A stretch of DNA of 64,000 nt, taken from contig CAXXWQ010000004.1 of NCBI GenBank assembly GCA_963674945.2, positions 320,001 through 384,000 on the forward strand, read 5' to 3'. The notes under the pieces are model-generated. The model was not told where the DNA came from, made no database searches, and saw nothing but the letters and a program-made list of their open reading frames with translations. The DNA comes from an uncultured Desulfosarcina sp. GTDB lineage: Bacteria; Desulfobacterota; Desulfobacteria; Desulfobacterales; Desulfosarcinaceae. Positions 19,532-29,895 of the stretch are shown here, piece after piece. Position 1 is the first letter of the stretch. Each line of letters begins with the position of its first letter. A program made the translations under genes and the position numbers.

Positions 19532-20092
19532 ATGATGATGAAAAGCGACAAAATTCTGTTCTTTTTCGTGATCGTGTTGGCCGCAACGGTCGTACAGGCA
19601 GGCGCTTTCACATTGTCCAGCCCAACGATCAAACCGGATTCCTTTCTCACTCAGAAGCAGGTCTTCAATGGGTTTGGATGCAATGGAAAGAACCAGTCAC
19701 CGGCACTGCAGTGGACGGATGTACCAGAAGGGACGAAGAGTTTTGCCATTACCGTATACGATCCCGACGCACCGACGGGTTCTGGCTGGTGGCACTGGGT
19801 CGTCTATAACATCCCGGCCGATGTCACGAAGCTTGCCGCCGGAGCAGGTGAACCAACCGGTAAACATCTTCCTTCGGGTGCAATACAGGGGCGAACCGAC
19901 TTTGGTACCCACGCATTCGGCGGTGCATGCCCTCCACAAGGTGACACCCCGCATCGGTACATCTTTACGGTTCATGCACTTTCAACCGAAAAAATCGATG
20001 TTCCATCGGATGCGAGTGCCGCTTTCGTCGGATTTATGATCCACGCCAACACCCTGGGGAAAGCAAGCTTCACGGCAAAATATGGTCGATAA
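19532..20092 (+). CDS. YbhB/YbcL (PEBP) family periplasmic protein
   Basis: Signal peptide, GCNGKNQSP, DPDAPTGSGWWHW, GGACPP, HRY. Confidence 0.93.
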   Translation: MMMKSDKILFFFVIVLAATVVQAGAFTLSSPTIKPDSFLTQKQVFNGFGCNGKNQSPALQWTDVPEGTKSFAITVYDPDAPTGSGWWHWVVYNIPADVTKLAAGAGEPTGKHLPSGAIQGRTDFGTHAFGGACPPQGDTPHRYIFTVHALSTEKIDVPSDASAAFVGFMIHANTLGKASFTAKYGR

Positions 20093-20096
20093 CGGA

Positions 20097-23021
20097 TCAG
20101 GTTCCCTTTCCCAAAATGGAATCGATCTTTTCCGCCAGTTGCCTGATAGAATAGGGCTTTTGAATAAATCCTTGGCACCCGCGATTCATGATCTCGGCTG
20201 CTTTGCCGTCAATGCTGTATCCACTGGACAGTATGACGCGAGCGTTGGGATCGATGGACCGGAGCCTGTCGAAGGTCTCACCGCCGCTCATGTCCGGCAT
20301 GATCATATCCAAGATAATCAAATGGATGGCATCGAATTCATTTTCAAAACGCTCGATCGCCGCAGCGCCGCTTGATGCTTTGATCACCTGGTATCCCAAC
20401 GCTTGGATCAGCTTGGCACCTACCTCCAGAACGACATCTTCATCATCGACGAGCAATATGGTGCCTTCACCACCGATGAGAGGCTGCGATTTTTCCGACG
20501 TTTCCTGTTCCGGTTCGGTTGATGCAGGCAGATAAATATTGAAATTCGCTCCTTTGCCGATAGTAGAATCCACCTCGATGTGCCCGCCATGGCTTTTTAC
20601 GATGCCGTAGACCGAGGAAAGCCCCAACCCGGTTCCCCTTCCCATCTCCTTCGTGGTAAAGAATGGATCGAATATTCGTCCCATGGTTTTCTTGTCCATC
20701 CCGACGCCGGTATCTGCAACGCTGAGAAGAACATATTTTTTCGAATCGGAAAGTTGCGAATGAGCGGCGCAGTCGTCGGAAGAGACATCTCTGGTCGTGA
20801 GGAAAAGGTCACCGCCGTCAGGCATGGCATCGGAGGCGTTGATGAACAGGTTCATCAAAACCTGTTCGATCTGGCATGCATCGGCCTCGATTTTGGAAAG
20901 ATCGACCGCGAGATCATAGTGGATCGGAATATCTTTTCGGGTTCGCTTGATGGTTCCGGTACTTTCTCTAATGATATCGTTGAGATCAATGGTTCTCAGC
21001 TGATATTTTCCTTTGCGGGCATAGCCGAGCAATTGCTGTGTCAATTGGGATCCACGCTGCACCTGCTCTTCGATTCTTGAAAGTGCCCGGTACGTAACCC
21101 CTTCGGTGGTTGCGTTTTGTTTCAACAAGGTGGCATTTCCCATGATCGCCATTAACAAATTATTGAAATCATGTGCAATCCCACCAGCCAATGTACCAAT
21201 CGCCTCCATACGCTCGATATGGTAAAGCTGCGCCTCAATCCGCTTTCTTTCGGTAATATCCCGCAAAATAACAAGCATCCCCGCCGTCTTGCCTTCATGG
21301 TCATCATATTGGGAAGCACTGATACTGACATCGATGATTTGCCCGCTCTTGGTGATGCGTTTGGTTTCGAACCCGTGGCATAACGTTTCCTGTTCCACAA
21401 CCTGTCGAATTTTCTGTTGCGTGATTTCCCGCTCGGATTCGGGGACAAAGGGGATGGTCCGATCTTTTATCTCTTCGAAAGACCATTGGAAGACCATGGT
21501 AAACATAGGGCTGATGTACTTGACGCGTCCATGTAAATCGTAAATGACAATGGGGTCCGGGGAGGAGTGAATCAAGGATCGATACATCGCTTCCGTCCTT
21601 TTTGACTCCTCATAGAGGCGCCGATACTCCTCTTCACTCGCCTTTACAGCCTCTTCCGCCGCCTTTCGCTCGGTGATGTCTTTGAGGCTTCCTTCGTAAT
21701 AGATCACCCGCCCCGTTTGGTCTCTCACCGCTCGGGCTTGGTTTTCGATCCATATGGTGGACCCATCGCGTTTTCTCATCTGTGTCTCGCTGATATGGAT
21801 CGCTCTCCCATGTTCCATCTGTCTTTGCCATTTCTTTCTTTCTTGTTGATCGAGATAAATCTTTTCTGCATTGTATTTCTTGAGATCGTTCAGATCCGGA
21901 AAGCCGAACATCTCGGCCAAGGCCAAGTTGGCAGCAAGAACCCGACCATTGGTTGTGGTGCGGTAGAGCCCGACGGGAACGCTGTCGAACAGGCTTCGAA
22001 AATGGGCCTCGCTTTCCTCCAGTGCCGCCTGGGTCTGTTTGAGTTCCCGTACTCGGGATTCGAGATGCAAGATAAGTTCGTGAACCTTCTGGGACATGTT
22101 TTTCAGGGCATGGGCGAGTGTGCCGATCTCATCCTTTCGCCGGAGAAGGTTATTTCGAATGGGAATATTCCAATCATCATCCCCCAGTTCTCCCACTGAA
22201 TCTGCCAGACTCGTGATGGGATGGATATAGCGAGATACCGACCGGCGAAGAAGAAAAAAGGAACTGGTAAAGGTGATCAACAGCAAAATTATGGCAACGG
22301 CCCCAAAAACGGTCAATTGTCTGGATATGTACTGCTGATATCTGGAAACGATATCAGTGGCACGTATGTTCATTCTGACGATGGGAGCGGAAAACTCGTC
22401 GATATAGGTCGTCGCCGCCACCATCAACGTGTTCCCCTGAACAGAAGCATTGATGGGAAAAATGGCCATATACTTTTCCCGGACCGTTCCATCGGACTCC
22501 AACCAGTCATAATATCCTGCAGTCTCTACACCATGATTGGCGACTTCGATGATGCGCCACCAGTCGGGCAGCTTTTCCGCCAGCCGATGCATATCCGTGT
22601 CGTTTAATACGGCATTGGGGTGGACGCGGAACAAACACGTTGGAGATTCTATGATGGCCGTGTAACCGGTTTCACCAACCTTTTGAATGGCAAGTTCCAT
22701 AAACTGCGGGTCTTGACGCATCTGGGCGATGGTACGTTCCGGATGCATGCGGACGTATACCTCGATCTGCTTTGCCACATCCTTGGCCTTCGTGCCGATA
22801 TGGCCTTCACCCAAAGTCTGCAGGCCTTGTTCCGCATCGGCATTCAGCGCCGCAGTGCTTTGCACGATGAGTTCGGCAAGATAGTTACGGGTGACGACCA
22901 TACCGGATACGACGATGAAGCACAGGATCAAAAGCGGAATGATGGATAGGATAAGATAATCTCTGGCAAACTGACTTGCCATTGCATGGCGTTTGACCGG
23001 AACGCCCCTGTCGGCTGACAT
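20097..23021 (-). CDS. Hybrid sensor histidine kinase (Cache-HAMP-PAS-PAS-HisKA-HATPase-REC)
   Basis: Two TMs, DEIGTL, AHDFNNLL, FFTTK..GTGLGL, LLVDDE..LDMIMP..QKP. Confidence 0.92.
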   Translation of the reverse strand: MSADRGVPVKRHAMASQFARDYLILSIIPLLILCFIVVSGMVVTRNYLAELIVQSTAALNADAEQGLQTLGEGHIGTKAKDVAKQIEVYVRMHPERTIAQMRQDPQFMELAIQKVGETGYTAIIESPTCLFRVHPNAVLNDTDMHRLAEKLPDWWRIIEVANHGVETAGYYDWLESDGTVREKYMAIFPINASVQGNTLMVAATTYIDEFSAPIVRMNIRATDIVSRYQQYISRQLTVFGAVAIILLLITFTSSFFLLRRSVSRYIHPITSLADSVGELGDDDWNIPIRNNLLRRKDEIGTLAHALKNMSQKVHELILHLESRVRELKQTQAALEESEAHFRSLFDSVPVGLYRTTTNGRVLAANLALAEMFGFPDLNDLKKYNAEKIYLDQQERKKWQRQMEHGRAIHISETQMRKRDGSTIWIENQARAVRDQTGRVIYYEGSLKDITERKAAEEAVKASEEEYRRLYEESKRTEAMYRSLIHSSPDPIVIYDLHGRVKYISPMFTMVFQWSFEEIKDRTIPFVPESEREITQQKIRQVVEQETLCHGFETKRITKSGQIIDVSISASQYDDHEGKTAGMLVILRDITERKRIEAQLYHIERMEAIGTLAGGIAHDFNNLLMAIMGNATLLKQNATTEGVTYRALSRIEEQVQRGSQLTQQLLGYARKGKYQLRTIDLNDIIRESTGTIKRTRKDIPIHYDLAVDLSKIEADACQIEQVLMNLFINASDAMPDGGDLFLTTRDVSSDDCAAHSQLSDSKKYVLLSVADTGVGMDKKTMGRIFDPFFTTKEMGRGTGLGLSSVYGIVKSHGGHIEVDSTIGKGANFNIYLPASTEPEQETSEKSQPLIGGEGTILLVDDEDVVLEVGAKLIQALGYQVIKASSGAAAIERFENEFDAIHLIILDMIMPDMSGGETFDRLRSIDPNARVILSSGYSIDGKAAEIMNRGCQGFIQKPYSIRQLAEKIDSILGKGT

Positions 23022-23228
23022 GCCTGGTTCTCCTCTGTTGGAATGAAAAAACAGTTTCGAATAACCTGTCAGGTGTATTACCTGATCCCGCAATGCGGTG
23101 GGATGACGTGAGATCAGTTACCATCCAGTGAGATTGCCAACCCTATCGCGCCGTTTTTATCTATGACCGAGCTGTAAAAGCGATGTGGATTTTACCTTTC
23201 ATACTCATTCCCGATATTGTGTCTTTTT

Positions 23229-24218
23229 TCACGAGAAATTTCGTTTTTTTGCAGGGTACTTCCAACAACGCACAAAATGGTCATCGCCCACACGGACCAT
23301 ATCCTTTAGTCGGTGTCGACATTTTCCTTCAAAATCAGGGCACTGGTCGCCGAAGACGCAGCCGTCGGGTGGGATTTGTCGATTGATCCGGTCGCCGATC
23401 AAAGGAGACCATCCCACCACCGTGGTTTCCGGGACCGCGGATAGCAGCTTGATGGTGTAAGGGTGATAAGAATGATCGAAAAGTAGTTCGGCCGGCGCCG
23501 ATTCCACGATGCGCCCCCGATACATGACGCAAACATGGTCGCAGATGTAGCTGACAACATTGAGATCGTGAGAGATAAACAGGTAGCTGAGCCCCAACTC
23601 CTTTTGAAGGTCCTTGAGCAGATTGATGATCTGGGCCTGTATAGACACATCCAGGGCAGAGATGGGTTCGTCGCAAAGGACTAATTGTGGATCGACGCTA
23701 AGTGCCCGTGCGATACCGACGCGCTGGCGCTGTCCACCGGAAAATTCGTGGGGGTACCGGTCCGCACTTCCCGCTGGCATGCCTACCATCGCAAGAAGCT
23801 GTCCGATCCGTTTTCGCTGTTTTGATTTTTCCGTGATGCCGGCAATGCGGACACCATCTAAAATCGACTGAGCCACCGTCATGCGCGGATTCAGGGAGCT
23901 GTATGGATCCTGGAAGATCATCTGAATCCGTTTGCGCATGGGTTTAAAGGCCCGCTCGTCCAATGCAGTGATCTCATGGCCATCAAAACGGACCACGCCT
24001 TCATCTGGATGCAACAATCGTAAAATCAGACGTGCCACGGTGGATTTCCCAGAACCGCTTTCACCGACCAGACCCAGTGTCTGATTCGGAAAGATGGCAA
24101 GATCGACGCCATCAACGGCCCGGACGTGTCCTCCCTGTCGTTGCAGAAGGCCCCGTTGCAAAGGGAAATACTTTTTCAAACCCTCTACGGTAAGAAGGGG
24201 GGCGCGGGTGGTATTCAT
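23229..24218 (-). CDS. oppF: Oligopeptide ABC transporter ATPase (OppF-like)
   Basis: GESGSGKS, QDPYSSLNP, FSGGQRQR, C-terminal Cys domain. Confidence 0.9.
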   Translation of the reverse strand: MNTTRAPLLTVEGLKKYFPLQRGLLQRQGGHVRAVDGVDLAIFPNQTLGLVGESGSGKSTVARLILRLLHPDEGVVRFDGHEITALDERAFKPMRKRIQMIFQDPYSSLNPRMTVAQSILDGVRIAGITEKSKQRKRIGQLLAMVGMPAGSADRYPHEFSGGQRQRVGIARALSVDPQLVLCDEPISALDVSIQAQIINLLKDLQKELGLSYLFISHDLNVVSYICDHVCVMYRGRIVESAPAELLFDHSYHPYTIKLLSAVPETTVVGWSPLIGDRINRQIPPDGCVFGDQCPDFEGKCRHRLKDMVRVGDDHFVRCWKYPAKKRNFS

Positions 24219-25285
24219 GGGACACCCTTTCCTGTTTGCTCCCTCTCGGCGTATAAAATTGGGCAACGGGCCAGATGGCCATTGTTATAATCACAGAGTT
24301 TGGGGACCCCCTTTTGGCAGAAAGCCCGCCGGTATTTGCAACGCGGGCCAAAAGGACAGCCACGGGGACGATATGCGGGATGGGGAACGCTTCCGGGAAT
24401 ACTGTAAAGGCGCTGGCCACGTTTCTCCCTGGTTGGCAAGGAATCCAGCAATGCGATGGTATACGGATGCCGTGGGGCGTCGAACAGCGTTCGGGTGATC
24501 CCCTCTTCCACAACCATCCCGGAATACATCACGTAGACCCGATCGGCGATGGCCGCCACCACTCCCAGGTCATGGGTAATGTACCCGATGGCCATTTTTT
24601 TTTCTGCCTTGATTCTCTTCAACAGGTTCAGAATCCGGGCCTGGACGGTCACGTCCAGGGCTGTGGTGGGTTCGTCGGCGATGATCAGATCCGGCTCGCA
24701 GGCAAGGGCCATGGCGATCATCACCCGCTGTCGCTGCCCGCCACTCAGCTGATGGGGAAAGTCACCAAGCCGTCTCTCGGGTTCCACGATTCCCACGTCT
24801 TCCAGCAACCGGATTGTCCGCCGACGAACCTCCTGCTGCAAAATGGGAAAATGGGCCAAAATCGCCTCTCCGATTTGATCTCCGATGGAAAAGACCGGAT
24901 TGAGACTGGTCATGGGTTCCTGAAACACCATGGCGATACGCCTTCCCCTCAATTCTCGCATCTTGTTCGGCGCCAAATCCAAAAGGTCGTGACCATCGAA
25001 GGTGATCCGGCCTTCTGCAATGGCCGCCGGCGGCTGCTTGAGAAGACCCATGACGGCAAGGGCCGTCACCGTTTTTCCGCAGCCGGATTCACCCACAATG
25101 CAGACCGTCTCCTGACGACCAATGCGAATATCCACGCCGTCCACGGCCCGCGCCACGGGACCGTCGCCCGAAAAGTGGATCTTCAGGTTCTCAACGCGAA
25201 GCAGGTTGTCTGTTTCCGGTTTATCGTTCACAGTTCCCAGTTCGAGGTTTATGGGTTTACGTAGTGATATTTTAGCATTTTCCAA
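24215..25285 (-). CDS. oppD: Oligopeptide ABC transporter ATPase (OppD-like); start may be 25231
   Basis: [25 protein letters not shown]. Confidence 0.9.
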   Translation of the reverse strand: MENAKISLRKPINLELGTVNDKPETDNLLRVENLKIHFSGDGPVARAVDGVDIRIGRQETVCIVGESGCGKTVTALAVMGLLKQPPAAIAEGRITFDGHDLLDLAPNKMRELRGRRIAMVFQEPMTSLNPVFSIGDQIGEAILAHFPILQQEVRRRTIRLLEDVGIVEPERRLGDFPHQLSGGQRQRVMIAMALACEPDLIIADEPTTALDVTVQARILNLLKRIKAEKKMAIGYITHDLGVVAAIADRVYVMYSGMVVEEGITRTLFDAPRHPYTIALLDSLPTREKRGQRLYSIPGSVPHPAYRPRGCPFGPRCKYRRAFCQKGVPKLCDYNNGHLARCPILYAEREQTGKGVP

Positions 25286-25302
25286 GGGTTGCAGATTTGA
25301 AC

Positions 25303-25448
25303 AAGTGTCGTCTCAAGACGGTAGATTTTGGTTCAGGCCAAGGCGTCATCTCTTTTGCGACCGCAGGCGTAGCAGCGCTACGTTGAGGATCGCGAAAGGG
25401 ATGAAAACGCCGGCCTGGGCCGAAAGATGCCGTCCTGTGATGATACTT
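25303..25448. repeat. ERIC-like hairpin repeat, copy E (variant)
   Basis: Long imperfect inverted repeat with AAGGC...CCGCAGG..GAGGA...AACGC internal loops; overlaps the oppC stop. Confidence 0.7.
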
Positions 25449-26616
25449 AACTTCTTTTTCTGAGTTTCGGGTTCAGGATATCCCGCATCCCCTCTCCAAA
25501 CAGGTTAAAGGCCAACACGACGATGAGAATCACCAGTCCCGGTGCGAAGGTCAACCAAGGTGCATCGAAAATAAATGCCTTTCCATCGGACAAGATATTT
25601 CCCCAGGTGGCGTGGGGAGGCGGCACCCCGAATCCCAAAAAGCTCAGACCCGCCTCCGTGAGCATGGCAGACGCGATGCCCAAGGTCGCCGACACCAGTA
25701 CCGGCGCCACTGCGTTTGGCATGATATGCCGGAAAATAATCCGAAGGTCGCTTATGCCCAGTGCTTTTGCCGCCATCACGAAGTCCTGTTCGCGAAGGGA
25801 GAGAAACTCGGCACGGACGAAACGGGCGGTCCCCATCCAGCTGGTCAGCCCGATGACGATCATGATGTTGTAGATGCTCGGCGGCAAGAGTGCCACCACC
25901 GTAAGAATCAAAAAAAACGAGGGAAAACAGAGCATGATGTCCACGACCCGCATGACCAGCGTATCCACACCAATGGCCGGATGCAGAAACCACTTCCGGT
26001 AGCCGGGTACGAAAACATTGGTCAATGGTTGTTTTCTCATCCAGCGAAAAAAGACAACGGTGGCGACCAGTGCCAGGCCGGAGGTAACAATCCAACCATT
26101 GGCAAGCAGTACGACAGAAAAAATAAAAAACAGGAAGATGAGAATATGCCCTGACTGGACCTCGCTATGTCCATAATAACCGGCGATCCCCCCGAGCAGG
26201 ATACCGATGCCGACGGATATGCCCACTGCAACGAATCCGACGGTAAGAGACACCCACGCGCCCTGGAGCATGCGGGCGAAAACGTCGCGTCCCAGATCGT
26301 CCGTCCCGAGCAGATAGATTCCCAGCGTTGGATGTGCATCCGCCGGCAAGGTGTCCAGTTTGGGAAGCGACAACGGTGGGCGAAGTTTTTCCTGCAGACG
26401 GACCCGGGCCGGATCCAAAATCGGGTCCGTACCCGAAGTGACGATCAGTCCGGTAATGGCGACGGCAAAGAAGATTAGAAAGATGACCAGGCCGTAGAAG
26501 GCCATTCGGTTCTTTCGCAAAAGATACCACGTCTCAGCCCAAGGTGATCGAGAGGGCGGCATGGAGGCTTCATCACCCTCAGTGTTGTAGGCCGCATCCA
26601 CAAGCTCGACGCTCAT
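25447..26616 (-). CDS. oppC: Oligopeptide ABC permease (OppC-like)
   Basis: LGTDDLGRD, ARFVRAE, EAGLSFLG, GEGMRD. Confidence 0.9.
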   Translation of the reverse strand: MSVELVDAAYNTEGDEASMPPSRSPWAETWYLLRKNRMAFYGLVIFLIFFAVAITGLIVTSGTDPILDPARVRLQEKLRPPLSLPKLDTLPADAHPTLGIYLLGTDDLGRDVFARMLQGAWVSLTVGFVAVGISVGIGILLGGIAGYYGHSEVQSGHILIFLFFIFSVVLLANGWIVTSGLALVATVVFFRWMRKQPLTNVFVPGYRKWFLHPAIGVDTLVMRVVDIMLCFPSFFLILTVVALLPPSIYNIMIVIGLTSWMGTARFVRAEFLSLREQDFVMAAKALGISDLRIIFRHIMPNAVAPVLVSATLGIASAMLTEAGLSFLGFGVPPPHATWGNILSDGKAFIFDAPWLTFAPGLVILIVVLAFNLFGEGMRDILNPKLRKRS

Positions 26617-27572
26617 AGCTTGATCCTCGGATCCACCGCCATGTAAAGCAGGTCCGAAACCAGAGTACCGGCCAGAACCAGTACGGCGGTAAGGAAATTG
26701 ATCGTCAAAATTACTGGATAGTCCCTTGCCAGAATGGCCTCATAGGCCATCCGGCCCATTCCCGGCCATGAAAAAATAGACTCGATGATCACCGATCCGC
26801 CGATGAGACCGGGCAGAATCAACCCGAACATGGTGACAAAGGGAAGAAGCGCGTTTCGCAAGGCATGCTTATAGTAAACCGTATCCGACGAAAGTCCCTT
26901 TGCTTCGGCCGTACGCACGTAATCCTCACCGATGATCTCCAGCATCTGACTGCGAACATACCGTGAGAGGACCGCCACACCGCCGGTGGCACCGAGGATG
27001 GAGGGAAGAACAAGATGCCAGGTGCGATCCATGAAACGGTAAAATGGACCGGCCGAACCCATTCCGAAAGTCTCCATGCCGATGACGGGCACGTGAAGCC
27101 TGGTGACCACCAGGATGATAAGAATATAGGCAAAAAAGAAACCGGGGATGGAGATAAGCAGGTAGGACAAAAAGGTGGTGGATCTGTCGTAGATACCGTC
27201 TCTCTTGATGGCGGATCGGATCCCCACGGGAAAAGAAAAGGTCCAGGTCAGAAGGGTTCCCACCACAAACAGGGGAAGGCTGTTGAGAAACCGTTCCCAT
27301 ATTTTTCCCGATACCGGCAGGTTGTCCCGCCATGAGACGATGCGACCGGTGAAAAGATGCTTGTAAAAAAGCAGGTACTGCACATGCAGCGGCTTGTCCA
27401 GGTGGAACTCGGCGCGCATGCGTTCGACCATCTCCGGCGTGAATTTCGGATTGAGTGGATCGATCTGACTGGGTTCGCCCGGTGCCAGATGAATGATCAA
27501 AAAGCTGACCACCGACACGAAAAACAGGGTGACCAGCTTCTGAACGATGCTTTTTCCGAGAAAGGCCAGCAT
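26613..27572 (-). CDS. oppB: Oligopeptide ABC permease (OppB-like)
   Basis: DYVRTAEAKGL, HALRNA, RDYPV, DPRI. Confidence 0.92.
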   Translation of the reverse strand: MLAFLGKSIVQKLVTLFFVSVVSFLIIHLAPGEPSQIDPLNPKFTPEMVERMRAEFHLDKPLHVQYLLFYKHLFTGRIVSWRDNLPVSGKIWERFLNSLPLFVVGTLLTWTFSFPVGIRSAIKRDGIYDRSTTFLSYLLISIPGFFFAYILIILVVTRLHVPVIGMETFGMGSAGPFYRFMDRTWHLVLPSILGATGGVAVLSRYVRSQMLEIIGEDYVRTAEAKGLSSDTVYYKHALRNALLPFVTMFGLILPGLIGGSVIIESIFSWPGMGRMAYEAILARDYPVILTINFLTAVLVLAGTLVSDLLYMAVDPRIKL

Positions 27573-27580
27573 ACAATCCC

Positions 27581-29686
27581 CTACCCGTTAACCGCAAACG
27601 CGGGTGCCTGCCTGAGTTTGATCCATTGGTTGAAATGATAGGTGTAACTTCCGGTCTTGGTGGGCACGATGGGTTTGATTACCTTCCAGCCATGGGCTTC
27701 GGTGACGGACCGGACGATACGCTTGTCCAGCAGCGCAGTCCAGCGGCCGACGTACAAGAAGGTGTATGGTTGCTGATCGGCGATGATCTCGTGCAGGCGA
27801 TGGCAATATGCCACTTGCCTGTGGTGGTCATACTCCTGCCGGATCTTGAGGATCAAGTCGTCTGCCTCCGGATCGGAGAATCCGACGAAGTTGAGCTGGT
27901 AGGGCCCGCTCTGGCTGGAGTGCCAGATCTGAAACAGATCGGGATTGATGTCCAAGGACCAGCCTAAAACCAAAGCGTCGAAATCCAATTGGTCGACCCG
28001 CTTTTGGATGAAGACGCTCCACTCCAACAGATCCGTCTCCACCTGAATCCCGATCTTTTTCCACGCATCCTGGGCGATGGCAAGGATCGCCTTGCGCAAT
28101 GGATTGCCGTTGTTGGTAATCAGGGTAAAGGCCAGACGCTTTCCCTCTTTTTGCATATAACCATCGGTCCCCTGCGTGTATCCTGCTTGGGCCAAGAGCG
28201 CCACGGCCCCTTGCGGATCGTAGGGCAAAGGAGCGATCTTGTCATTGTAGTAATCGGTCTGTTTGGCAAAGGGGCCGGTGATGGCCTCTCCCTGGCCGTA
28301 GAGCACGAATTCGATAATCTTTTTGGTGTCGATGGCCATGCCCAGCGCACGCCTCACCCGTACATCGTCAAAGGGCTTTCGCCTAAGATTGTATCCGATG
28401 TAGGTATAGCCGAGGGCGGTGCCGGAAAAATGTTGAAAACGCGCATCTTTGGACAGACGCGCCACCTGATGGGGCTGCACGTTATAATCATCGATGGTTC
28501 CGGCGTAAAACTCCATCTCCTGGGTCAAGGGATCGGGAATAACGCGCATCACGTATTCGCGGTAGTTGGGTGGCCCCTCCCAGTATTGATCGAAACGTTT
28601 GAGCCGGACGTACTGGTCCGACTTCCACTCCTTAAACACGAAGGGACCGCAACCGATGGGATGCCGGCATAGCCTGCTCTGCCTCATGGTAAACATACTC
28701 GGGTCCACTTTCCGCTCGGCTGCCTCTCTGGCCAAGGCCGCATCGTTTAGCAGGTGGGAGGGCAGAATCTCCATGCTCCAGGTGGCAAAAGCGGGTGAAT
28801 AGAGCCGTTTGTAAACGATACGAACGGTGAGTGGATCCACCACCGTCACCTCTTTCACCGACTCGAAGTCGGAAATTCGGGGAGAAAGATTTTTCGGATC
28901 GATAATGGCCTCATAGGTGAACTTGACGTCATCGGCCGTCAGCGCGTGGCCGTCGTGAAACCGGACACCAGGCCGAAGATGAAACTCGATAATGGGGTTG
29001 TGGGCGGTCGCCGGCAAGAGTTTATCGGCTTGATCCGCCAATTGTGCTCCGATCCGGTAAAAATTACCCGCAACATATGACATCGGGTCGAAGGAGTCGA
29101 AATAATCCTCCCCCAGAATGTCGGCCAACCGATCGAAAAACATCTGATCCACCCGGTCCAGCCGAATCCGGACGCGGGCAGGCGCTTCGATCCGTAAAGG
29201 AACGGTTTCGTTCTTTTCTTCCATGCGAACGGACACCTGTCGAATGATCGTTTTCGATGGCATCAATTCCAGATACTGGACATGCGGCCATTGTTCTTTT
29301 TCCGATTCGAAGGTCTCTCGAAGATTCTCCACCAACTTGCCACCATCCACACGACCCCATAAGGCGGTGTCGGCCTCTTCGTGCACGTAGAAGAGCACGT
29401 CCTCGTATATTTTCCAGTCACGGGCCAGACGACCACGGAAGGCAAGGTTTTCATCCAGGTCGATGAGCCCTTCGAAGACCTTCTCGTTGATCTGGCTGCT
29501 GACGCTATCGGCGGATAAAATGGGATTGAGAATAGACGCATCGCCGGAAGATGCGGTCACAAACTGCACCAGCCGATCTGGATTGCCCTTGGTCTGCGCC
29601 TCGTATGTAGGCACCCAGAAATAGGAGATCAACAGTACGAAAGAGACGATGGCGGGAGCGATAATGAGAAAGCGTCGGACACCCAT
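27581..29686 (-). CDS. Peptide ABC substrate-binding protein (family 5) with large insertion
   Basis: FHDGHALTADDVKFT, PIGCGPF, DVRVRRAL; N-terminal TM anchor. Confidence 0.9.
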   Translation of the reverse strand: MGVRRFLIIAPAIVSFVLLISYFWVPTYEAQTKGNPDRLVQFVTASSGDASILNPILSADSVSSQINEKVFEGLIDLDENLAFRGRLARDWKIYEDVLFYVHEEADTALWGRVDGGKLVENLRETFESEKEQWPHVQYLELMPSKTIIRQVSVRMEEKNETVPLRIEAPARVRIRLDRVDQMFFDRLADILGEDYFDSFDPMSYVAGNFYRIGAQLADQADKLLPATAHNPIIEFHLRPGVRFHDGHALTADDVKFTYEAIIDPKNLSPRISDFESVKEVTVVDPLTVRIVYKRLYSPAFATWSMEILPSHLLNDAALAREAAERKVDPSMFTMRQSRLCRHPIGCGPFVFKEWKSDQYVRLKRFDQYWEGPPNYREYVMRVIPDPLTQEMEFYAGTIDDYNVQPHQVARLSKDARFQHFSGTALGYTYIGYNLRRKPFDDVRVRRALGMAIDTKKIIEFVLYGQGEAITGPFAKQTDYYNDKIAPLPYDPQGAVALLAQAGYTQGTDGYMQKEGKRLAFTLITNNGNPLRKAILAIAQDAWKKIGIQVETDLLEWSVFIQKRVDQLDFDALVLGWSLDINPDLFQIWHSSQSGPYQLNFVGFSDPEADDLILKIRQEYDHHRQVAYCHRLHEIIADQQPYTFLYVGRWTALLDKRIVRSVTEAHGWKVIKPIVPTKTGSYTYHFNQWIKLRQAPAFAVNG

Positions 29687-29895
29687 ATGGTTGACTTGCC
29701 GAATCGGGTAATGTGAGAGAGTTCCTATTGGTTCCGATAGTACAAAATACGTATCGAGATTAGGAAAAAGATCGATTGAAGTCAACAACAAGGAGGCAGG
29801 TGAACTTGACTTTCCCCGATCCGGGGCCATAGTTTATCCGTAAATCCGTGGGGATTTTCACCCGGTTTTCCAACCCCATGAAAGGATCCTTTCAT

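Noticed and set aside
24275..25264. Long antisense ORFs (also 61074-61994, 415-1203 and 52681-53439)
   Set aside because: Shadow frames opposite well-supported genes.
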